The notes below the pieces were generated by a model that searched no databases, was not told where the DNA came from, and saw only the letters and a program-made list of their open reading frames with translations. The position numbers and the translations under genes are program-made. Below, piece after piece: positions 7,966 to 16,529 of a DNA stretch of 61,139 bases; within the stretch, counting starts at the first letter, position 1; every line of letters starts with the position of its first letter. Source of the stretch: Desulfobacterales bacterium S7086C20 (GTDB lineage: Bacteria > Desulfobacterota > Desulfobacteria > Desulfobacterales > C00003060); assembly GCA_001751075.1 (NCBI GenBank), contig MAVP01000001.1, positions 1-61,139 on the forward strand. The letters run 5' to 3'.

Positions 7966-10056
7966 ATGTTAGAACCCTTACTTCTCATGTTGGCATTAGG
8001 GGCTGTTTCCGGCACAATCCTGGGGATTGCCTCCAAGGTATTTTATGTGTGGGAAGATCCCCGCATCGCTGAGGTAGAAGATTGTCTGGCCGGCGCCAAC
8101 TGTGGTGCATGTGGTTATACCGGATGTTCGGCTTGTGCAGCAGCCATAGTGGAAGGTAGGGCGCCAGCCAGTGCGTGTATTGTAGGTGGTGCTACTTCCG
8201 CAACAAAGGCGGCGGCGGTTATGGGCATGGAAGTTGGGGCGGCCGAGCCGCTTATATCTGAAAATACATGTACCGGCGGATTTCGAGCACCGGAGAAATA
8301 TTACTATATGGGTGTCAACGATTGTCGGGCTGCTTACATGCTCTATGCGGGGGCCAAGGATTGTGGTGTGGGGTGCCTTGGTTTTGGAAGCTGTGTGAAG
8401 GCCTGTCTGTTCGATGCACTCAAGCTTGGTCCTGAAGGTTTTCCTGTAGTGGATATAGAGAAATGCGTGGGATGCGGGGCCTGCGAGAATGCTTGCCCCA
8501 AGGGGATTATGCAGGTTCGCACGCCTTCCGAGCGAATCCTTCATGTCAACCTTAATACCGACCGTCTTGCCCCCTGTCGACAGACATGTCCTGCTGAAAT
8601 CAACATTCCGAAATATATAAACCATATTAAGAATGGGGAGTATGACAAGGCGTACTTGACCATTATGGAACGTAACCCGATGCCGCTTTCAATAGGTCGT
8701 GTATGTCCCCATCCCTGCGAGGATGCTTGCCGCAGGGCCACGGGAGATGATGCCCCTGTTTCTATCAATCAACTGAAGAGATTTTGTTCTGACTGGGTGT
8801 TTGACAATAATATGCCTATAGATCTATCGGTAGCTCCGGATACGGGTTACAGGGTGGCCATCGTGGGCGGAGGTCCGAGTGGTTTGAGCGCCGCTTATTT
8901 CTTGAGACGTTTGGGACACCAGGTGAAAATCTTTGAATGGATGCCGGAACTTGGGGGAATGATCTATTACGGTATTCCTGAGTATCGGCTTCCCAAGGCA
9001 ATCCTTGGAAAGGATGTTCAACGGATCCTGGACCTTGGAGTTGAGGTAAAGACCGGAGTAAAATTTGGTGTTGACTTTAATTTGGAATCTCTGGTTGGCG
9101 GGGGGTATGATGCCGTGGTTATGTCTATTGGGGCCTGGAATCACGCCTCGGCGCGCATTCCAGACGAGGATAAGGTGAAAGGTGTCATTCCTGCTACTAT
9201 CTATCTAAGAAGGCAGGGGCTGGGCCAGGACAATCCCATCGGTAAAAGGGTCGGAGTTATCGGTGGGGGCAATGTTGCCATGGATGCCTTAAGGACCAGC
9301 GTGCGTCTTGGGGCCGAAAAGGTCTACTGCCTCTATCGGCGAGAGATCAAGGATATGCCTGCGAACCATGTTGAAATAGAGGCCTGTCAACATGAAGGGA
9401 TTGAATTTATCACCTTGTGCAGTCCCACAAAGTTTGTTACGGACGACGAGGGAAACCTTACAGGTATTGAATACCTAAAAAACGAACTCGGTGAACCTGA
9501 CGCTAGTGGTAGACAAAAGCCTGTGCCGATTGAAGGGTCTGAGACAGTACTCGAACTCGATAATTTTGTTATTGCCATCGGCCAGAAAACGGATTCAGCC
9601 TTTGCAGATGAAGAAGGAACGGCAGTATCCAGAATTGACACCTTCAAAGGCGCGTTGGTGGTTAACGCAGATACCATGCAAACAACCGTTCCTTACGTAT
9701 TTTCCAGCGGTGATTCCGCCGGTCCGCCGGGGCTTTTAGTTGGGGCTGTTGGCGCCGGCAGGCGCGCTGCTAGGGGTATCCATAAGTACCTTATGCGTGA
9801 GGAGATGGTCTTTCCAGACGCTAGACTTCGTGTCGATTCTAGGCGGATGACTGGTCATATCCCCGGGACCATCTTTGAAAGTGTTGAAGGTATTCAGAAA
9901 AAAGGACGTATAGGACAACCTGAGCTTGAACCCGGTTCTTATGAAAGACAGCACACCGTGGCCGAGGTGGATTTGACTGTTACAGAAGAAGACGCATTAA
10001 AAGAGGCAAACCGGTGTATGCGTTGTTGTCTTACTTGTTATAATAGCGACACATAA
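7966..10056 (+). CDS. rnfB: RnfB fused to a GltD-like (glutamate synthase small subunit / NfnB / SudA type) NAD(P)H-dependent FAD oxidoreductase
   Basis: The N-terminus has a TM helix, CGACGYTGC and two ferredoxin motifs. From about aa 195 (nt 8548) it has CRQTCPAEINIP...RVCPHPCEDAC, FAD site VAIVGGGPSGLSAAY and NAD(P)H site VGVIGGGNVAMDA. The C-terminus reads CMRCCLTC. Confidence 0.8.
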   Translation: MLEPLLLMLALGAVSGTILGIASKVFYVWEDPRIAEVEDCLAGANCGACGYTGCSACAAAIVEGRAPASACIVGGATSATKAAAVMGMEVGAAEPLISENTCTGGFRAPEKYYYMGVNDCRAAYMLYAGAKDCGVGCLGFGSCVKACLFDALKLGPEGFPVVDIEKCVGCGACENACPKGIMQVRTPSERILHVNLNTDRLAPCRQTCPAEINIPKYINHIKNGEYDKAYLTIMERNPMPLSIGRVCPHPCEDACRRATGDDAPVSINQLKRFCSDWVFDNNMPIDLSVAPDTGYRVAIVGGGPSGLSAAYFLRRLGHQVKIFEWMPELGGMIYYGIPEYRLPKAILGKDVQRILDLGVEVKTGVKFGVDFNLESLVGGGYDAVVMSIGAWNHASARIPDEDKVKGVIPATIYLRRQGLGQDNPIGKRVGVIGGGNVAMDALRTSVRLGAEKVYCLYRREIKDMPANHVEIEACQHEGIEFITLCSPTKFVTDDEGNLTGIEYLKNELGEPDASGRQKPVPIEGSETVLELDNFVIAIGQKTDSAFADEEGTAVSRIDTFKGALVVNADTMQTTVPYVFSSGDSAGPPGLLVGAVGAGRRAARGIHKYLMREEMVFPDARLRVDSRRMTGHIPGTIFESVEGIQKKGRIGQPELEPGSYERQHTVAEVDLTVTEEDALKEANRCMRCCLTCYNSDT

Positions 10057-10160
10057 TAACTGTTACACCAAACCGGGGTTTAGGTTAGAAACATTTTTCG
10101 GGGGGTTGCGTGCAAGGGTTATTATTCCTTGGCCAATCCCCTGAGTTGGTTTGAGAGGTT

Positions 10161-10345
10161 GTAGCTGTTAGCGGGGGTCGGCGATCAGGGTCCAGGTGCC
10201 AGGAAAAGTTGGTCACGCCAAAAAGTTATCAAGATTTAAAAGTCTCGAAATAGAACAGCAGAGATTGGTAGAATGTTGAATGGTTTGCGAAAGCCTATTC
10301 AGAAAAAGGTCTGATCCCTGCCCCCTGACCCCCGTGAACCGTTAC
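10161..10345. repeat. Family C imperfect palindrome (complete copy)
   Basis: The left arm is GTAGCTGTTAGCGGGGGTCGGCGATCAGGGTCC. The right arm GATCCCTGCCCCCTGACCCCCGTGAACCGTTAC is its imperfect reverse complement. The left arm recurs at 31750. Confidence 0.75.
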
Positions 10346-10359
10346 GAAAGGTTTTTTTG

Positions 10360-10902
10360 ATGAACGAGACAAAGCAATCTTATGTTGGCAGCGAGAGCAC
10401 TGAAGATGCTGATGCCGCACAAAAACGCATTGTGATCTTGGGTGTGGGCAATTTGTTGTTGTCAGACGAAGGTGTCGGCGTTCATGTGGCCAACAAGCTC
10501 ATGGAGATGGATCTTCCTTCCGGCGTTGAGGTGATCGAAGGGGGGACGGATGGTTTCAGGTTGATGAATGTGGTAATGGGTGCAGACCGGGTTGTGGTCG
10601 TTGATGCAGTAAAAGGTGGAGGTGAACCCGGCTCCATCTACCGGTTTGACATCGATGATGTCCCATCATCTCCCGAATCCTATAAGACCTCTGTTCACCA
10701 GATCGGAATACTGGAAGTAATCCATCTCTCGGAGTTTATCGGTAAACCCCCTGAAACCACAATCATTGGTGTAGAACCAAAATCTCTTGATATGTCCATG
10801 GAACTATCCCCCGAAGTACAAGATAAAGTTCCCCGAATTATCGAGTTGGTCTTAGAAGAGGTGCGAAAATTTGTGCCCGAAATTGAAGGAAGCTCTCAAT
10901 AA
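10360..10902 (+). CDS. NiFe-hydrogenase maturation endopeptidase (HybD/HyaD/HoxM family)
   Basis: ILGVGNLLLSDEGVGVHV...EGGTDG...DAV...H motifs. ATG at 10360. Confidence 0.85.
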   Translation: MNETKQSYVGSESTEDADAAQKRIVILGVGNLLLSDEGVGVHVANKLMEMDLPSGVEVIEGGTDGFRLMNVVMGADRVVVVDAVKGGGEPGSIYRFDIDDVPSSPESYKTSVHQIGILEVIHLSEFIGKPPETTIIGVEPKSLDMSMELSPEVQDKVPRIIELVLEEVRKFVPEIEGSSQ

Positions 10903-10908
10903 CGCCAA

Positions 10909-11150
10909 GACTTTTTGAGGTGTTGCAAAGTGAGTAACATCTCAAAAAGTCCTGGCATTAAACCGGGCGAAGGGGTTTTATTTTCGAAGGCGGTATCAAT
11001 TATGTTTGTGGGGCGTGGCCGGATATTTTGTGATTGGCCAAGCACGTGCCAAGCTCATAAAGACATTTGAGTCAATCACAATATCCGGCCACTGCGAAAG
11101 TCCGAAAGAACGACCAAGATACCGTCTTCAAAAATAAGACCCCTTCGCCC
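10909..11150. repeat. 16-bp-stem hairpin (10909..10951) followed by a nested imperfect palindrome of about 186 bp (10965..11150)
   Basis: GACTTTTTGAGGTGTT pairs with AACATCTCAAAAAGTC. GGGCGAAGGGGTTTTATTTTCGAAGGCGGTATC pairs with GATACCGTCTTCAAAAATAAGACCCCTTCGCCC. The inner pair is GGCCGGATATTTTGTGATTGG with CAATCACAATATCCGGCC. Confidence 0.8.
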
Positions 11151-11234
11151 TAGATTATTGAGAACTTACCAAAGTAAGTACCAACGTAGCGGGAAAACTT
11201 GCAATCCTAAAGTTTGTATGCGATTCTAATCATT

Positions 11235-12113
11235 ATGCTTGTCTACGAGAAGGTCTCCTTTGGTTCGGAGTGTAACAATCGTTGTATGACCTGTCCGTCT
11301 GCCCGCCAGCAGGAAACCCCACGCCTAAATGAGCTTGTCGCTCAAATTGATGCCCTGAAGAATGGTGAAAACCTTGAACTGTTTGGTGGTGAACCGACAC
11401 TTCACGAAGACTTGGTGTCGCTTATTTCTTACGCCAGGAAGCGAGGCGCCAGGCGTATAAAGTTGGTTACAAATGGCCGGAGGCTTGCAGACGCAGATTT
11501 TCTGTTCCATTTGGTAGAAGAAGGCTGTCGGATTTTTGAAGTGAAGATATACGGTTCAAGGCCTGAGACGCACGATGCGGTTACATGTGTGAGGGGAAGT
11601 CTTGATGAGACACTTCGTGGACTACAAAACCTTGGTGGCATATCAGATTCTGGCGGCCATGAAGGTGACATCTATGTAGGAATTCGTTTTGGAGTGACAA
11701 ATACGAATCTTGAAGACCTGGTTCCTGCTGTTGCCTTTCTCATGTCTTTTAGTATAGACGCTATTAGTTTTGTTCGCATGGGCGGTGATTTCCCGATAGT
11801 CCAGGCAGCCCGTATGGTGGCAAATGCCATGAAGGTGGCCACTCTAAATCGTATTTGGTCTATGTGTGAGGGTTTCCCCCCCTGTGTGATGAAAGGCTCT
11901 GAGACTCATCTTTCCGAATTACTTCAGCCTGTGGCCTTCGAAAACGACAAGCCTAAATCGTGCCTTAGGTGTGTCTTTGCAAAGATATGTACAGGCCCCC
12001 ATGGGGATTATGCCGGTAAAGGTTTGCGGGATTTCAAAGCTGTCTCAGCATCTCCATACTCCAAAGATATGGAGTACCTCCTTAAGATGAGGTCAATCCA
12101 TGCCAAGCAATAG
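11235..12113 (+). CDS. Radical SAM protein with a C-terminal CX2CX5C cluster (SPASM/twitch-like)
   Basis: CNNRCMTC (CX3CX2C), GGEPTLH, and C-terminal CLRCVFAKIC. The start is uncertain (TTG 11214 or ATG 11235). Confidence 0.7.
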   Translation: MLVYEKVSFGSECNNRCMTCPSARQQETPRLNELVAQIDALKNGENLELFGGEPTLHEDLVSLISYARKRGARRIKLVTNGRRLADADFLFHLVEEGCRIFEVKIYGSRPETHDAVTCVRGSLDETLRGLQNLGGISDSGGHEGDIYVGIRFGVTNTNLEDLVPAVAFLMSFSIDAISFVRMGGDFPIVQAARMVANAMKVATLNRIWSMCEGFPPCVMKGSETHLSELLQPVAFENDKPKSCLRCVFAKICTGPHGDYAGKGLRDFKAVSASPYSKDMEYLLKMRSIHAKQ

Positions 12114-13377
12114 TAGTCGTATCTTGTTAATTTCTTTTAATGTGGCCGGTCATGACTCTCTGGCCCTGGGGTATATAAAGGCCTATGCCCTGAAGGAGCC
12201 CACTGTTTCTCGCAGAACCTTTATAGAAATCTTGAACTTCAGCAATGAGGAGGGTGATGTTAGACAGGCGCTCTATTACATTACGGAGTTCAAACCCCAA
12301 CTTATCGGCTTTTCGTGCTATTGCTGGAGTATGCAAAAGATCTTGGAGTTAGCTCGGTCGGTCAAACAGATCATACCAGAAGTTCCCCTCGTTGTTGGCG
12401 GGCCGGAAGTTGGTCCCGTATCAGATAAGTATCTTGAGCAAAATCCGGCTTTGGATGTAGGGGTCCATGATGAGGGAGAGGCAGTCTTTTTGGAGCTCAT
12501 AAAATATTATTTTGCCGGTAAGGGCAAGCTGGAAAATATCGCCGGGATTTCCTTTCGCAAAGGCAAAAAGATTGTAAGAAATGAAGACCGTTCCCCGATC
12601 AAGGATCTAGACGAGATCCCTTCTCCATATTTGACCGGGGTTCTTACGCCCAGAGATGGTGTGACCTATCTGCAGTCATTCAGGGGGTGTCCATTCAGGT
12701 GTGGTTTTTGTTACGAGGCTGGACGGCACAAAGGCCTTCGTTTCTTTTCCTATGAGCGAGTACAAGCTGAGGTTGAACTCATTATGGCAGATTCCGGCAT
12801 AAGGAGTTTTCATTTTGTTGATTCTGTCTTTAATCTGAACTCCAAGCACCTAAAGAAACTTACCGATATACTCTGCACAGCTAATCGAGATAACAAGCAA
12901 CTGAGAACAATCGAGGTCTTTGCGGAAAAGATAGATGAAAAAACAGTGGAATACTTGATCCAAGCAGGTGTGCAGAGTATCGAGACCGGGCCCCAGACAG
13001 CTATCCCGGAAACTCAGCAGCGTATCGGAAGATATTTCGATCCTGAGAAATTCTCACGAGCTGTCCGCCTGATGGGGGATAGAGGCATTGAGGTGTGGTG
13101 TGATCTGATTGTCGGTCTGCCCGGAGACAGCTTTTTCCGCTGTGCCTATTCGGTTGCATTTATCATGAATCTTAGACCTGCCCGTGTTGTCATGAGCATT
13201 CTCCACGTCTTGCCAGGCACCCAGCTCTTTGAACAGGCCGAAAAATTCGGTCTCTCTTTTGACTCCCAACCACCACACTACGTAGTAGGAAGCGATACCT
13301 TTCCTTTTAAACAGATTTATGAGGCGGTGCTCTTTTCATCCGCTGTTACCAAAGAATATAATCTTGCCCTTTCGTAG
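12100..13377 (+). CDS. B12-binding-domain radical SAM protein (class B)
   Basis: N-terminal cobalamin-binding-like domain, then FRGCPFRCGFCYE (CX3CX2C). It overlaps the preceding gene by 14 nt. Confidence 0.75.
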   Translation: MPSNSSRILLISFNVAGHDSLALGYIKAYALKEPTVSRRTFIEILNFSNEEGDVRQALYYITEFKPQLIGFSCYCWSMQKILELARSVKQIIPEVPLVVGGPEVGPVSDKYLEQNPALDVGVHDEGEAVFLELIKYYFAGKGKLENIAGISFRKGKKIVRNEDRSPIKDLDEIPSPYLTGVLTPRDGVTYLQSFRGCPFRCGFCYEAGRHKGLRFFSYERVQAEVELIMADSGIRSFHFVDSVFNLNSKHLKKLTDILCTANRDNKQLRTIEVFAEKIDEKTVEYLIQAGVQSIETGPQTAIPETQQRIGRYFDPEKFSRAVRLMGDRGIEVWCDLIVGLPGDSFFRCAYSVAFIMNLRPARVVMSILHVLPGTQLFEQAEKFGLSFDSQPPHYVVGSDTFPFKQIYEAVLFSSAVTKEYNLALS

Positions 13378-13440
13378 GGCTCGCTTGTATCATATATTTG
13401 TTCACTCTATACCCTAGCGCGACTTTCAAGCTCTTTTTGT

Positions 13441-13599
13441 AGGGCTCGTCACTCAATAACTGTCACATTTTGCTGGTCTTTTGGGCCGTCTTCTGCGTTG
13501 CTCGGTTGGTCACATACCTCGGCATGCTCCCGCCCGAGCGCCTTGAATACAACCCAAAATCCTTCGCAATCTTGAGACACTTATTTCGTGACAAACCCT
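13441..13599. repeat. Family B imperfect palindrome
   Basis: GGGCTCGTCACTCAATAACTGTCACATTTTGCTGG is mirrored by ...GAGACACTTATTTCGTGACAAACCC. The start motif TAGGGCTCG is duplicated at 13375, and a similar arm occurs at 60994. Confidence 0.65.
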
Positions 13600-13694
13600 T
13601 AGAACTGTCAAAATCGTGTGTTTAAGATCGTCAATTTATTGACAATGTGTGATCACTTCTTGGTGTTTGCGGGGAAATGGGGGCTGTAATGTCC

Positions 13695-13709
13695 GGCACA
13701 CGGCTTGCA
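13695..13709 (+). promoter_or_regulatory. Candidate sigma54 (-24/-12) promoter upstream of the hydrogenase genes
   Basis: GGCAC-ACGGC-TTGCA has canonical GG-to-GC spacing and lies 124 nt upstream of the ATG at 13833. Confidence 0.5.
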
Positions 13710-13832
13710 TAACTTTAATCTAAATCTAGGATTTCATAAAGAAATCTCCCTTACTGTCGACAATCAAAGTCTTGAATTAATGCTTATGGCCACAATTACT
13801 TTGACGGTTTTGTGATAAAAGGAGGTTGTACA

Positions 13833-14804
13833 ATGAACGGACTATTTGGTGACATATCACGCAGGGACTTCATGAAGTACTGCGCTACAACTGCTGCTGT
13901 GCTTGGTCTTTCAGAGATGGAATTAGTTTCCAAGGTCTCAGAGGCTTTGGCAGCGTCGAGCAGCAAGGCGCCGGTAGTATGGCTGGAAGGTCAGGACTGT
14001 GCGGGGTGTACCATCTCATTAGCAGGCGCCCTAAATCCGCCTGTATCTTCGATCATTCTGGATAAGCTGTCCATCCGGTATCATGAAACCATAATGGCAA
14101 GCGCCGGTTACCTGGCAGAGGCAGTTTATGAAGATACGGTTAAGGCTGGGGGGCATGTGTTGTGCGTAGAGGGCTCCATTCCCACTGCAGATGACCGGTT
14201 CTGTATGATTGGAGGACGGCCCTTCAGGGAGATGGTCAAAGAGTCTGCCGAGAAGGCGGCGGTAATCATTGCCGTTGGGGCCTGTGCCGCATACGGTGGT
14301 ATTCCGGCGGCTGGTCCCACTAAGTCAGTTGGCATTGGCAAGATTGTAAAAGACAAACCTATTATCAATCTTCCCACTTGCCCGGTGCATTGCGATCATC
14401 TGGTAGGTTCCATCCTCTACTTTCTGGCGACTAAGAGTGCGCCGCCATTAGATAAGATCGGGAGACCAAAACTCTATTTTGACGAGCTTGTCCACGACAA
14501 TTGCAGGAGGCGGTCCTACTTTGATGATGGACTTTTCCTGACAGATTGGAATGATCCCAAGCAGAAGAACTGGTGTCTCTATGAGAAGGGTTGCAAGGGC
14601 CCGGACACCTATGCAGACTGCCCGGTGCGTAGATGGAACGATGGACAGAATTTCTGCATTGACTGTGGCGCCGGATGTATGGGTTGTGCAGAGCCGGATT
14701 TCTATGACGGCATGTCGCCTCTGTACACGGCGGAAAGTGAGCGATCACGAAATATAATGGCCAGAAAAGAGGCCGGACTTATTCCACCAAAGGAGAAGGC
14801 ATGA
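13833..14804 (+). CDS. Periplasmic [NiFe] hydrogenase small subunit (Tat signal)
   Basis: AAGGAGG RBS, twin-arginine SRRDFMKY, and typical Cys ligand pattern. There is no C-terminal membrane anchor. Confidence 0.9.
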   Translation: MNGLFGDISRRDFMKYCATTAAVLGLSEMELVSKVSEALAASSSKAPVVWLEGQDCAGCTISLAGALNPPVSSIILDKLSIRYHETIMASAGYLAEAVYEDTVKAGGHVLCVEGSIPTADDRFCMIGGRPFREMVKESAEKAAVIIAVGACAAYGGIPAAGPTKSVGIGKIVKDKPIINLPTCPVHCDHLVGSILYFLATKSAPPLDKIGRPKLYFDELVHDNCRRRSYFDDGLFLTDWNDPKQKNWCLYEKGCKGPDTYADCPVRRWNDGQNFCIDCGAGCMGCAEPDFYDGMSPLYTAESERSRNIMARKEAGLIPPKEKA

Positions 14805-14820
14805 AAGGAAGTGATAGAAA

Positions 14821-16383
14821 ATGGGAAAGAAAATAACAATCGATCCGGTTACAAGAATTGAAGGACACCTTGCAATAACAGTTGAACTTGAAAACGGCAA
14901 GGTCAAAGATGCCTGGAGCAGTGGTACCATGGCTAGAGGTTTTGAAGCCCTCCTTCAAGGAAGAGACCCAAGGGATGCGCCTTTTGTGACAAGCCGCTTT
15001 TGTGGAGTATGTTACAGTGTCCATCAAATGGCCAGTATTAGGGCTCTGGATGAGGCCTTTGGGGCTAATGTGCCTTGGGGCGGAATGCTTCTAAGAAACC
15101 TTGCCATGGGTGCCGAGTATGTCTACGACCATATCCTCCATTTTTATCATCTCAGCGCCCTTGATTACATTGATATCATGGCGGTGGCCGCATACAAGGG
15201 CAGGGATAAGTCATTGAATGCCCTGAAAGAAAAGGTAGTAGGCCTGGTCAAATCAAAGGATGTCTTTCCCCTTACACCCAGGTACAAGCCCGACGAGTTT
15301 AGTGTGACGGATCCGGACATGGTAACCTCGGCCGTCAAACACTATATCGACGCCCTTGCCATTCAAGCCAAGGCCAGGAACATGGGCGCCATCTTTGGAG
15401 GAAGGCAGCCCCATTACCAAAGCCTGGTCGTAGGCGGCTGTACGCAGTATCCGGATATAAATATGGTAGCAAAATACCGCACCATGTTGGATGAAATGGC
15501 ACAGTTTGTAAACGAAGTGTATATTCCGGATGTCCTTGCCTTTGGGACAGGCCCTCTGTTTCCCTTGGCAAAGATGGGATTAGGTGGTGGTCACTATAAT
15601 TATATGTCCTATGGTGCCTTAGAGTTGGACAAGGATGGCAAGGACCAGGTATTTCCGGCAGGGGTAATCAAAAATCTTGATCCAGGAAACATCAAGGTAG
15701 AAGGCTTCAAGCCCGACAAGATTACCGAATCAGTCAAACATGGTTGGTACAAGGAAAACAAACCCGTGCATCCTTACAATGGCGAGCAGGTCTTTGATCT
15801 TGACAAAGAGGGTGCATATTCCTTTATCAAGGCGCCTCGTTATGACGGTGAGCCTATGGAAGTTGGGCCCCTTGCGAGGATGCTTATTGCAGGCAATCCT
15901 GATCTTCTAGGTCTTATCGAAAAAGGCGCAAAGCCAGGGGTCGTGGCACGACACGCAGCAAGAGCTATCGAAACGAAGCTAATCATAGATGCTTGTTACA
16001 AATGGTGTGACGAGTTGCTTTCTGAGATGACAAAACCGGGCTTTAAAATCCATGACACGGCTCACTACGAACCGCCTAAGGAAGGTGAAGGGGTCGGTTT
16101 TTATGAGGCGCCGCGCGGATCGCTGGGACACTGGGTCAAGATCAAGGACAGAAAGATTGAAAACTATCAATGTGTGGTTCCGTCCACCTGGAACGCCTCG
16201 CCTAGATGCGAGAACAAATATCGTGGACAGTACGAGGAATCACTCATCGGGGCACCTGTTCCTGATCCCGACAATCCGATCAATGTGGTGCGCATTATTC
16301 GCTCCTTTGATCCCTGTCTGGCCTGTGCCATACATTTAATTGATCCACAAACAAACGAGCTAAAAGACTTTATTGTGGAATAA
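14821..16383 (+). CDS. [NiFe] hydrogenase large subunit
   Basis: N-terminal TRIEGH and RFCGVC. C-terminal DPCLACAIH followed by a 15-aa extension, which is the protease substrate. The ligand is Cys rather than Sec, so this is NiFe and not NiFeSe. Confidence 0.9.
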   Translation: MGKKITIDPVTRIEGHLAITVELENGKVKDAWSSGTMARGFEALLQGRDPRDAPFVTSRFCGVCYSVHQMASIRALDEAFGANVPWGGMLLRNLAMGAEYVYDHILHFYHLSALDYIDIMAVAAYKGRDKSLNALKEKVVGLVKSKDVFPLTPRYKPDEFSVTDPDMVTSAVKHYIDALAIQAKARNMGAIFGGRQPHYQSLVVGGCTQYPDINMVAKYRTMLDEMAQFVNEVYIPDVLAFGTGPLFPLAKMGLGGGHYNYMSYGALELDKDGKDQVFPAGVIKNLDPGNIKVEGFKPDKITESVKHGWYKENKPVHPYNGEQVFDLDKEGAYSFIKAPRYDGEPMEVGPLARMLIAGNPDLLGLIEKGAKPGVVARHAARAIETKLIIDACYKWCDELLSEMTKPGFKIHDTAHYEPPKEGEGVGFYEAPRGSLGHWVKIKDRKIENYQCVVPSTWNASPRCENKYRGQYEESLIGAPVPDPDNPINVVRIIRSFDPCLACAIHLIDPQTNELKDFIVE

Positions 16384-16404
16384 AGATAAACTGCATAATC
16401 TAAG

Positions 16405-16449
16405 AGCAAGCCTGGGGGTGCGAAAGCACTTGCCAGGCTTGCTTTTTTT
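16405..16449 (+). terminator. Rho-independent terminator after the hydrogenase genes
   Basis: An 11-bp stem (AGCAAGCCTGG / CCAGGCTTGCT) followed by a T7 run. Confidence 0.8.
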
Positions 16450-16529
16450 CAGTATCCATCTTAAATCTATTTACAGACGGATGTCCCCGCACAGTCCCGA
16501 AAAGCAAACCCCACATAAAACTCTTGGTA

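Noticed and set aside
11002-11070. 22-aa Cys-containing mini-ORF (MFVGRGRIFCDWPSTCQAHKDI) upstream of the radical-SAM pair, considered as a RiPP precursor
   Set aside because: It has no RBS and sits inside the arms of the 10965..11150 palindrome, so its sequence is dictated by the repeat. Ribo-seq could revive the idea.
14821-16383. Possibility of a NiFeSe hydrogenase, given Sec usage elsewhere in the window
   Set aside because: The C-terminal ligand motif is DPCLACAIH with Cys codons and no in-frame TGA, so this is a standard NiFe enzyme.
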